This document shows, one piece after another, positions 46,235 to 55,948 of a stretch of DNA of 64,000 nt. The notes beneath the pieces were generated by a model that was not told the DNA's origin, did not search any database, and was given only the letters and a program-made list of their open reading frames with translations. The position numbers and the translations under genes are program-made. Position 1 is the first letter of the stretch. The number at the start of each line of letters is the position of its first letter. This DNA comes from Emiliania huxleyi CCMP1516 (Eukaryota), in the NCBI RefSeq assembly GCF_000372725.1, contig NW_005201338.1, positions 42,041-106,040 of the forward strand, in the 5' to 3' direction.

Positions 46235-49200
46235 CTCCGCCTCCGCCTCTGCAACCCGCGCCGCGTGCTCGGCGCGGATGTTCGCGACCACCGCCTGCAC
46301 CACCTCGGCGGGCGGCATCGGCACGTCGGGCCGCGTCTTGCGCAGCTGGACGAGCGCTCCGACGGCGGCTGCTTTCGCCGGCTCGACGGGCGAGGAGGAG
46401 AGGGTGATCAGCGCGCCGACGGCGGTGAGGGCGGGCCCGGGCAACTCCGACTGGTCGGTCGGGGCGGCCGGGCCGAGGATGGCGTCCGCGTTGTTGTTGA
46501 ACAGGTTTGCGAGCCCGACGGCGGCGCGGTGGAGCAGCGGCGGGTCGTCGGAGAGCAGGGCGATGTTGACGAGCGGCTCGAGCGCGCCCGCGCCGAGGAG
46601 CGCGCTGCCGATCTCGGGGTCGCCGGCGAGGGTCGCGATCGCACCTACGGGCGGGTGTGCGGAGGACGGCTGTCCGGAGGGCGGGTGGGAGAGGGGCGTG
46701 GCAGCCTCGGGCGGCGGCGGGTCGTCTGCACCCGACGCGGCGAGCTGCGCCTTCGGGTCGTCCGAGCCGCAAAAGCCGACGAAGATCTTCGCCTCGGTCG
46801 AGCCGGGCTCGGCGAACTTTGCGGCCACCTCGTCGGCGGTGGTGAGGTTGGACATGGCCTCGAGGGCGGCGCGCTGCACGAGCTCGTTCTCGCAGGCGAG
46901 GCTCATCGTGAGGGTGCGCCAGCCGCCGCAAGTCAGGATGCGCTGCTGCAGCTCGGGGTGTGTCGCGAGGTTGCAGAGGGCGAGGCACGCCTCGAACTGT
47001 TGCAACTCATGCTCGGCCCCGTCGACGAGCCGCAGCAGCGGCTTCACCATCGACTCTGGGCCGGAGCCGGGCCGACGCGGGTAGGCGACTGGGTTGATCG
47101 AGATGCCAACCTTGGCGAGGGCCCACGCGGCGGAGGTCGCGGTCGGCTCGTGCTCGCACAGGGCGCAAGTGAGCAGCGCCTTGAAGCCTCCCTGCGCCAC
47201 GATCTTGCCGCGCGCCTCTGGCGTCGTCGCCATCGAGAGCAGCACGCGCGCCGCGGTGTGCAGCGTGCTCGCGCCGCTGCCGCCGGGGCGCGAGGCTGCC
47301 GCCGCCACGAGCTCGGCCAGCACGAGCACCGCGTCGTCCTCGACGAGGGTGGCGGCGAGCTTGGTGAGTACCGCAGGGTCGTCCTTGCGCTCGCTCGGCG
47401 CGGCGCCGCCCGCGCCACCCGCGGCGAGCTGGCGCATCTGCTCGATCTGCGCCTCGTCCATCTCCTGCGGGGCATGTCTCGGACATGTCATGGACGTGTC
47501 CTGGATGTGCGCTCGACCTGCGCCTCGTGCATCTCCTGCTCCAGCCGCTTCTGCTCGTCGCTCTTCTCGCGCGGCGCGCAGAGGGCGCCGAGGGCGGAGA
47601 CGAGCGCGTGGTGGAGGGAGGGGTCCTTGCTTGCCGAGTGCGCGACGGCGACGAGGGAGCCGAAGCGCGCGCCCGTCTCGGCGAGGTGCTCCTGTCGGCT
47701 CGGGGCCGGGGTCGGGCGAGGGAGGAGGAGGAGGAGAGGGAGGGGGGGGGGGGTAATTCACGGCGTGGGCGCGCGCCTTGAGGTCCGGCATCAGCGTGAG
47801 GTACATGAGCGCCTCGACCGCCCACCGGTGGACGTGCGGCGGGACCTAAGTATAGATTATCAAGTCAGATATAGTAGGCTCATATGACCGCCCACCGGTG
47901 GACGTGCGGCGGGACCTAAGTATAGATTATCAAGTCAGATATAGTAGGCTCATATGACCGCCCACCGGTGGACGTGCGGCGGGACCTTGGCCTCGAGCAG
48001 TCCGCGCGTCGCAGCGAGCAGCTTCCCCGTCGGGTCGATGCGAGCGCGGTGGTCATGGTGCAGGAGGCAGACCTGTCGACACAAGGGGGGGGGGGGGGGG
48101 GGAGGCAGTCGTCAGGCCTCGCCGGCGGAGGAGAGAGGTGGCGGACGAGAAGCGGCGCGCCTTGGCGAGCGCGACGCACGCGCGCGCGCGGACCTTCGGG
48201 CGCGGCGAGCGCAGGAAGGCGCGCAAGTGGCGGATCGGCTCCTCGCCTTCCTTGTCCTTGAACAGGGAAACGTCGGCGGCCGCGTGCGCGTAGATCTCGG
48301 CGAGGGAGCGCTGCAGCCCCTCGTCCTCGAGCTCGGCCACCTGTTCACAGCTGCACCTGTGAAGAGACGCCGTTCACGCTCGCACGAGCACCCCTCCTCG
48401 AGCTCGGCCGCCTCGGCGAGCGACCAAAAGATGGACTCCTGCCGCAGAAGCCAAGCGCCGACCTTCTTGTTGACCTCGAGCACGGCAGTCACTCCGTGCA
48501 CCGCCGCGGCGTGCGCCTCCCACTCCGCCTCCGGGTCGCGCAGCGTGGGAGAGAGGGCAGCCTCCGCCGCGGCGCACGCGCCCTTGTGAAAGGCCTCGTC
48601 CTCGCTCTTGTCGTCCCCCTTGCCGTTGGCGGCGGCAGCGGGCGTCAGGAGCCGCGCGAGGATGGCGAGCGAGCTGCGGTGCGCCTAGTCAGCAAGATGC
48701 GATCAGCCCAGTCACCCTCCGCCGGGGGACAGAGAGCGAGCTGCGGCGAACGGGCTGTGGCGAGCGGGCTGCGGCGCGCCTCGGTCTCGTCGTCGCCGAC
48801 CAGCCAGGAGAGCGATCGGATCACGTCGGGCAGCGCCGCGCGGCACGCCTCCGGGTCCAGCTCCGCCATCCGCAGCACACCGTCCAGCGCGGCGCGCGAC
48901 ACGGCCGCATCGGGCGCGCCCGCCGCCGCCGCCCCGCCCGCCGCCGCCCCGCCCGCCGCCGCCCCGCTGCCCGCCGCCGCCCCGCCGCCCGCCGCCGCCT
49001 CGGGCTCAATCTCGACGATTCGCGGCTCGTCCTCGACCTCGTCGACGGGGGGCAGGGGCGAGCCGGCGGGCGCGCTTCCCGCGGCGGCGGCGCTGCCCGC
49101 GGCGCGAGGCGAGGCGAGCGCGAGGAGCCCGCGCAGGGCGGCGGCCTGCGCGTCCTGCGAGCCGAGGGCGGCGCGAGTCCCTCCGAGGAGCGCGAGGAGC

Positions 49201-50117
49201 GAGAGGGCGCGCTTGGCCGTCGCGAGGCAGTTCTGGAGCTGTGGGTGCTCTCCGCCTCCTGCGGCGGCGGCGAGGCCGCTGCGCGCGCCGCCGCACGCCC
49301 TCGCCACCGCGAGCAGCCGGCCGGCGAGCGAGGCGTGCAGCGGGTCCCTCGGCCGGGGCTGCCCCTCGCACGCCTGGCAAATGGCCCTCCGCGCGGCAGT
49401 GCCGCAGCCGGACGCGGGGGAGGCGGCGCCGAGCCCGCCGGCCGCGGCTGCGCCCGCGCCGGGCAGCAGGTCCGAAGACGCCATCCGCTCGAGGGCTTCG
49501 ACGGCGAGCCCGACGAGGGGCATGCGGAGGCTGGACGCGTCGACGACCTCGTCCTCACGGGGGAGGAGAGAGACGAGCTCGGCCGCGGCGCCCGTGTGGA
49601 CGAGCGCTGGCCCTTGCGAGCGGTCCTCCGCCACCTTTGACATCCGTCCGACGCAGCGCGCCAGCTCCTCCTCACCGGCGCCATCGGCCACGGCGCGGCG
49701 CAGCGCCTCGGTGGCGGCGCGTGGCGCCGACTCGTCGGCCGCACTGCAAGCGTCGACCGCCGCCTTGAGCCGCCGCGCGAGGAGGGCGGCCTCCCGGTTC
49801 TCTGGGTCGAGGCGGAGTGCGGCCTGCGCGTCTCGGAAGGCGGCTCCGAGGTCGGCGGGAGAGCCGAGCGCCTCGCGTGCCTGCGCACGGCGGTACATGG
49901 CCTTGACGTACCCCGGCTGGGCCGAGAGCGCCGCGTCGCAGTCCGCCACGCACTCGGAGGCGGCGTTCAACTTCAGGTGCGCGAGCGCACGGTTGGCGTG
50001 GAGCGCCGCGACCGCCTCTTTGCTGAGTGAGGGCGCGCCGAGCGCCGAAGTGTAGCTGGCAATCGCTTCGGCCAGCCGGCCTGCCTTGAGGTGCGCGTTC
50101 CCCTCGTCCTTCGACAT
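46118..50117 (-). CDS. UNC45: UNC-45 myosin co-chaperone (TPR + ARM/UCS), multi-exon
   Basis: KDEGNAHLKAG..NRALAHLKL..YVKAMYRRAQARE (TPR). RVRACVALAK-like segment, WAVEALMYLTL, RGKIVAQGG..AAWALAKVGISINP, LQQFEACLALCNLA and LVQRAALEAMSNL (UCS). Confidence 0.9.
47816..47987. repeat. 70-bp tandem repeat (32-bp exon sequence x3 separated by a 38-bp AT-rich filler x2) forming an intron
   Basis: GACCGCCCACCGGTGGACGTGCGGCGGGACCT at 47816, 47886 and 47956. Confidence 0.9.
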
Positions 50118-50268
50118 TGCGGCGGTCCGCGTCTGCACGTGCTCGGCCAGGCGTTCGAGTCACCCCGTCGACCCTTTCGCACTGCTCGTGATCGGCTTCC
50201 CTTGTTGGCTTGGTGGGTAGGCGTCTCGCTGGGACATGTCTGACGGTGAGCCCCCTCGTCAACCCTTT

Positions 50269-50615
50269 TAGCTTTTAGCTTACTGGGAGAAAAGAGAGAG
50301 GGGGTTGTGTTCTCTAGGCCCCTAGGGGCCCTACGCGCGGCGTGAGAGCTCGGAAGCGAGCTTAGCACGGCGATCGAGGATGGCACGGTTCACCCCCTTC
50401 ACCGAAGCGATGGAGATGCGTTCCGCGTGGTGTGACACAAATGAGAGGCGGGAGTGGGGAGGGTACGCGGTGCGGTCAACGCCCGAGCGTTGAGCCTTGC
50501 GCGCAAGGCGGTTGATCTTTGCAACTGCAGGCGGCGAGAAGCCGCCGCCGAACGTCTCGTGGAGAAGCAGGTTGAACTTGTTTCGTTTGCCGAAGATCCC
50601 GTCATGCTCTCTCTC
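50269..50615 (-). mobile_element. 5'-truncated copy of the CRE-like retrotransposon 3' end, with TSD
   Basis: Nearly identical to 50891..51224. Flanked by TCAACCCTTT at 50259-50268 and 50616-50625. Confidence 0.85.
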
Positions 50616-50890
50616 TCAACCCTTTAGTTGGGGGTTGAGGCCTCCGGGGCCTATTCACAGACTCGCGCCGTGATCACTAAGTTCACTGGAAGAGCCCAGC
50701 CGCCAAAAATCGCTTCGCCTGCGGCGCGCTCTTGCGCTCCTCGGACCTCGAGCGCAATCCATAGGATTCCTAAGTAGGAGACGCTCACTGTCGCCATTCA
50801 GGCGCCTGATCTCTCATCAGCAAAGCGATGGCCTACCTGGTATGCCCTGGTACGAGTTCAGATGCGCGCCCGGCAGAAGACGCGTGTGAC

Positions 50891-53740
50891 TTTTAGCTTA
50901 CTGGGAGAAAAGAGAGAGGGGGTTGTGTTCTCTAGGCCCCTAGGGGCCCTACGCGCGGCGTGAGAGCTCGGAAGCGAGCTTAGCACGGCGATCGAGGATG
51001 GCACGGTTCACCCCCTTCACCGAAGCGATGGAGATGCGTTCCGCGTGGTGTGACACAAATGAGAGGCGGGAGTGGGGAGGGTACGCGGTGCGGTCAACGC
51101 CCGAGCGTTGAGCCTTGCGCGCAAGGCGGTTGATCTTTGCAACTGCAGGCGGCGAGAAGCCGCCGCCGAATGTCTCGTGGAGAAGCAGGTTGAACTTGTT
51201 TCGTTTGCCGAAGATCCCGTCATGGTAGTGGCCACGCTGCGACTTGACGTAGCCTTGGCCGGTGGCGTGGTCGAACGCACGTTGACCACGGAACCCGCGT
51301 TGCTTGCAGCCCATGTTTGCAAGGCGGGCGCGCTCTTCGGTGTTGCCGAAGGCGAACTTGTCTCCAACGGAGCCGGGGTTGCCTCCGGTGTCGGCGCGGC
51401 CGACCCCAACGGGCAAGCCACCCCGGAGGGGGGTCCAAAGTTTGACCTCACTGATCTCGTCTTTGCCCCCGGGAGCCGCGCCCGGCTCAGCCAGGTCGGT
51501 CTTGTAGCCCTCGTTGAACTGTTTGGTGAGCTCAGGTTTTTCGGCATCTCCCATAACGGGCCGGGAGATGGAGACGGCGGCGACACAATCGTACCAGGCG
51601 CGAAGTACGCCGTCGTGTGGGCGCCGCCGGGCGGCGTTGTTGAGGAACCAGTCGCCATGGTAGTCCTTTGCACCACCGACTGTGTCCCCAAGCTCGAGTG
51701 CCCGCGTGACAGTCGAGCGGCACTGCGAGAGGTGAAGACCGTTTCGGCGCTGAAGTTCGCCGATGAATATGTCGTCTGGAATGGTTGTGGCGTTGCTGCC
51801 GTCAAGTTTGGTGTCGAGCCACCGCCCCGCGTAAGGCTGCGAAGTTGAGACGTAGCGGATGGACTCGCGGTAACGTATCTTGGTGTCGCCGGGCTGCCAG
51901 TTGGCTGCTGTGTAGTCGTCAAGGGCGCGCCACTCCTTCTGCAGATCGAACCAGTTCCAGATAGTCTCGATGGCAGCAAGCGCCCGCGCATACGGGCTTC
52001 CTGATTTGCAAGTGCCATCGATGACTGACTCCGGTGTTGGAAGAGACTCAGAAGTGGGGAGGCTGACGCCCTTGGGGTAGAACTCAGAGATTTTGCCGCC
52101 GCGCAAGGTGTAGTAGATGTTGTCGTCGCGCGCGGCTCGGATGGAGGCCACCTCGTCTCGCCTCGAGAGCGCGGCTCTGTACGAGTTGACGGCGGCGTCC
52201 CGTGCGCCGTACCCGCCGCAGCGCTCGGCTTCGGCGAGGTCTGGGCTGCAGGCCACAAGCTTTGACCAGCATTTGAGGAGGGAGTTGTGGTAGGCTTCGG
52301 CCGGGCCGCGCACGCCCGTGCGGCCCTCCCCCGTGTCGTTAAGCACGCCGACCGAGGTGACGCCCGTGTCGACGCCGGAGCCTCCAGTGATGGTAGGGAG
52401 CATAGCCTGCCTCCAACCCAGGTCTTTGTATTTCGCAGGAGTATCCTCGGCCTCCGTGAGTAGTTCCCACGATTTGCGAATCCGGTTGCTACCGTCGATG
52501 GCCGGGCCCTCGCTGATCTCTGGTGGCGTGACGGAGCAAATGTACTTCGTCTTTGGGCAGGCCTGACGGGTGATGAGGTTGTACTTGAGGTGTCCAACGT
52601 TCTGAATGCCCTCGGTGCATTCGAGCGTGTCGATGAAGTCGAGCGGACGGAGGTTTTTGGCGAGGCGTTTGCCAATCGCCTCCGAGGCAGCCTCTGTGTC
52701 GCCGAGGTAGGTTCCGACGATTTTGAAGCAGGCCTCACGTCCGGTGAGGTTCCCGTCCTCGTCTCGGTGGTGCGGCGAGCCGACCATGAAGGGGGGTACG
52801 CAGTCGAGGTCGCCGCTCGGAGAGTAGATGATGCACTTCTCCTCGTTGTCGAGGTTGCCAGCGACATCTTTTTGCACCTCGAGTGTCCCGCCCTCTCCGC
52901 AGTAAGACTTGACGGCCTCTGCCACGGTGTCGTTTTGAACCATGTCGTCGATGAACGAAACGAAGCGGGTAGTCGGGTTCTTCTTTTGCACAATGTTGTC
53001 GATCTCGTGTTTGACTCCGGTGGTGCACATCCCTGAGAAGGCGCGCCCTTGGGCGCCGCCGCAGCACGACCGGATGTAGCCGTCGGCGTCCTCGCCGGGC
53101 GGCTCCAGGCTGAGCGGGTCCCACGGTGCGTCGGCGTCGCTCGGTCCGGCTGCCCGAGGGTCCTGGAGCGGTCCGTCCGCGCTGCACAGACGGAGGAAGC
53201 TGCGTCGACCAAACACCAACCGCATCGCCGGGATGAGTGCCGGATTGCGCTTACGCGCCCAGTCAAAACAGACAGTCCTGCCGTACCCGCTCGGGTCTGG
53301 GTTGCCGTCTGCGTCCAGGGGCTGTCCCGTGAGGTTGAAGAAGTTACGCTTGTCCGACTTGATTGACGCATTCCCAGGTCGCAGGGTGTGCCACGAAGTG
53401 ACTGTGTGGCACACGAGATGGGTTCCATTCTTCGAATACCCATAGTTGACTGGGAAGTTGACTGGTTGCCGTGCAGCTGCGTCGGCTCGGTAGGCGGCGT
53501 CGAGGGCGTCTCTGGCCGCTGTGATGTCGCTGTCGGCGCCGCCTCCGGCCCGGACGCGGTCGACGGTGGTTTTGAGGGTATGCTCGGCGGCGGTGAGGGC
53601 GGCGGCGGCGTTGGCGATGGCCACATCTCGGGCGTGACGATCCTCGGGCAGCGGCGAGGTGAGGTACTGCTCCATCCAGGGGCACTCTTGCATGTGTATG
53701 CAGCGCTCATGAGGGTTAGGTTTCTGGAGCCTCGGGTGCT
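50891..53740 (-). mobile_element. Non-LTR retrotransposon, CRE-like (RT + restriction-like endonuclease), probably 5'-truncated
   Basis: Contains the 914-aa RT ORF, a short 3' UTR and a GCTAAAA tail. Confidence 0.8.
50949..53693 (-). CDS. Reverse transcriptase / RLE endonuclease ORF (914 aa)
   Basis: KSDKRNFFN (motif A), SCCGGAQGRAFSG (motif B), SFIDDM (catalytic), FKIVGTYLG and QAMLPTITGGSG. C-terminal RPHDGVL..KTDLA..ISEVK is PD-(D/E)xK-like. Confidence 0.85.
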   Translation of the reverse strand: MQECPWMEQYLTSPLPEDRHARDVAIANAAAALTAAEHTLKTTVDRVRAGGGADSDITAARDALDAAYRADAAARQPVNFPVNYGYSKNGTHLVCHTVTSWHTLRPGNASIKSDKRNFFNLTGQPLDADGNPDPSGYGRTVCFDWARKRNPALIPAMRLVFGRRSFLRLCSADGPLQDPRAAGPSDADAPWDPLSLEPPGEDADGYIRSCCGGAQGRAFSGMCTTGVKHEIDNIVQKKNPTTRFVSFIDDMVQNDTVAEAVKSYCGEGGTLEVQKDVAGNLDNEEKCIIYSPSGDLDCVPPFMVGSPHHRDEDGNLTGREACFKIVGTYLGDTEAASEAIGKRLAKNLRPLDFIDTLECTEGIQNVGHLKYNLITRQACPKTKYICSVTPPEISEGPAIDGSNRIRKSWELLTEAEDTPAKYKDLGWRQAMLPTITGGSGVDTGVTSVGVLNDTGEGRTGVRGPAEAYHNSLLKCWSKLVACSPDLAEAERCGGYGARDAAVNSYRAALSRRDEVASIRAARDDNIYYTLRGGKISEFYPKGVSLPTSESLPTPESVIDGTCKSGSPYARALAAIETIWNWFDLQKEWRALDDYTAANWQPGDTKIRYRESIRYVSTSQPYAGRWLDTKLDGSNATTIPDDIFIGELQRRNGLHLSQCRSTVTRALELGDTVGGAKDYHGDWFLNNAARRRPHDGVLRAWYDCVAAVSISRPVMGDAEKPELTKQFNEGYKTDLAEPGAAPGGKDEISEVKLWTPLRGGLPVGVGRADTGGNPGSVGDKFAFGNTEERARLANMGCKQRGFRGQRAFDHATGQGYVKSQRGHYHDGIFGKRNKFNLLLHETFGGGFSPPAVAKINRLARKAQRSGVDRTAYPPHSRLSFVSHHAERISIASVKGVNRAILDRRAKLASELSRRA

Positions 53741-54582
53741 TTTACGCCTTTGATCGGGTCAGGGGAGAGTGCGACTTTTACCACTTTGGTCGTCTCGGAG
53801 CGCCCAACTTTTAGCATGTTTCAAAAATTTCTTCGGCGCTGCGCGCCGCGGGTGCAGCAAGTACTAGCTATCCCTATCGTCCCGCAACGGCAAAGTAGTT
53901 CCCGCACACTATGGCTAAAAAAATGCTGCCGCTCGCCCCTCGAAAGCGCCCGCCGGTGTGTGTCCAAACATGTATGTAGCGCTACAAGTTTGTGACACAT
54001 AAGGACGCATCCTCCCACAACACTTCGCCCGCTGGCTTGGTTGCAGCTGCCGAGGTACCATCTGCCGGCTTGGGGGGGCTAGTGGCATTCGCCGGAGAGT
54101 AGAATGTCCAAAATTTTCGCGCGCCTGCGGCGGCGCGACTTTTACCATTTTGCCCCGGGCGGGCCCACTTTTGAGAGAGATTTTTAGCAATACCAAACAA
54201 CTCTAACACTCACACGTAATTTGGGGCCTGGAGCCCTGTTCACGCGCGCGCGAGTTGTTTTGCACTTGGAGCACTTGGAGCACTTAAGGACATCGAAGAT
54301 GAATTCTGTGAAGAGCGTGACATTTTCATTGTAGAATAAAATAAATTTAGCGCGAGATGGCGCAGCCTATAATACGCCCGGACGAATTTTTCATGATCGT
54401 GGCGATTGGGACGAGGCCGATTGTCCGGGGATGCGGACCTTGCGCCGGCGGGGTGGCGTCCCTGTGGGCACTGCCTGCGCTCGGACAAGTGCGCTCGGCA
54501 CCCACGCAATGTGCCTCGCCGGGCACCGCCTCTGAGCTCGGTATATACTTTCCCACTATGCCACGTCGCCCATCCCGGGATG

Positions 54583-54702
54583 GAACAGTCAGGCTCGGAC
54601 TGGACACCAACGCGGTATGGGTGGACGCTGGACAGATGATGACGACACGCACGAGCGACACACAGACAGACACAAACAAGCTCACAAGACACACAGCCAG
54701 CG
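54583..54702 (+). repeat. Dispersed repeat family B, copy 2
   Basis: Nearly identical to 16659..16774. Confidence 0.9.
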
Positions 54703-54921
54703 AGGGAAGCCCCAGAAAAAAAGGAAAAAAACTGCTTTTTGACCGCGCAAGATATAAAGGGTGGCTAAGGGCTCTGCCCGCAAGGCGCCCGCGTCGCAGA
54801 CGCGGTACCATTGACAAATCGCCACGCCGCTTGCGGCGGTCCTCTTCCCAGCTGAGCTGTGAGGGCCCGTGCGTTATTCCTCCTCTTCGAGACCGGGTCC
54901 GGCCCGGGCGCTCTGCCCAAC

Positions 54922-55581
54922 ATGCTCAGCGCGCAGAAGCTGGAGCTTTTGGCTGGGCTCAAGGTGCGCGGCCTCGACCTGCGCCAGGCGGAGATGAGCT
55001 TTTACATGAATCGCTTCACCACCACAGCCGGCCTCTCCTCGATCATGACGTGTTTGGCCTACGTCGGCGTGATCAAGATCAAGATCCCGCACGAGATGCT
55101 GCCGCCCGAGGAGTCATGGCAGGTGCCGCTCTTTTACGTCGCGGCGTGCTGCACCATGGCGCTATCAATGTACAACCTTGTCATCACCTCCTTCTGCGTC
55201 GTGTATGCCCAGGGCCTCGCGCTGCGTGGGCCGCCCGGATCGGTCGCCAAGTGCGTGCAGATCTTCCGCGCGGAGTGGGTGACCGTGCGGCTCGTGCTGG
55301 CCGCCTCGCTGGCGAGCCTCATCCTCGCCGGTGTCTCCATCTCATGGATGAAGCTCGAGCGGGACGCGCGCATTCTGGGCGGCATTCCACTGCCCGCGCT
55401 CGTCATCAGCGTGCTCGTGCTGGGGATACTGCTGCTGCTCTTCCGCCGGCTCGCCCTCCTCGCTTCGCAGCTTCGCGTCCCGTACGACACGCGCGTCGAG
55501 GGCGACCTCCACATCGACGATGGCGGGCTCAACATCGACCTAGCCGCCGAGGACCAGGAGCGCATCGAGGCGGCTAGGTGA
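54922..55581 (+). CDS. Uncharacterised 4-TM membrane protein (219 aa)
   Basis: Coding-like composition, four hydrophobic helices, and a GLALRGPPGS loop. Confidence 0.75.
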   Translation: MLSAQKLELLAGLKVRGLDLRQAEMSFYMNRFTTTAGLSSIMTCLAYVGVIKIKIPHEMLPPEESWQVPLFYVAACCTMALSMYNLVITSFCVVYAQGLALRGPPGSVAKCVQIFRAEWVTVRLVLAASLASLILAGVSISWMKLERDARILGGIPLPALVISVLVLGILLLLFRRLALLASQLRVPYDTRVEGDLHIDDGGLNIDLAAEDQERIEAAR

Positions 55582-55948
55582 GAGCGAGTGCGGCGCGGGG
55601 GCCCGAGGCGCTTGCCCGCTTCTGCCGCTATACGTGTATTTCTGTGTATTCTTTCCATGATTTTCACGACGGATAAGACCGGACGACATGTTCACACGGT
55701 CGAGCGGAGCCGGGGGGCTGGACGTGGAGACGCAAAACACACACAGAGAGGGAGAGACGATGAACCCAATTCACACAATCACAAACCCCGGGCGGCCGCG
55801 CGAATCACGGCAAGGCAGGCGGCCGGCAATAACACTCACAAGCGTTCGATGCGGCGAGACGGAGACGCGACTGACGTGTTCTTGCGGGCACTGTGCAGCA
55901 GGCGGGGGTGGAGCAGGAGGCAACGCGGCCGCCGCCTCGCCCGCCACG

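Noticed and set aside
47816..47987. Repeat-spacer-repeat pattern resembling CRISPR (32 + 38 bp)
   Set aside because: The spacers are identical, the repeat is exon sequence of a eukaryotic gene, and there are no cas genes.
51017..53710. 897-aa ORF overlapping the RT ORF in another frame
   Set aside because: Ser/Thr/Arg/Pro-rich with no motifs. This is the expected shadow frame of GC3-rich coding DNA.
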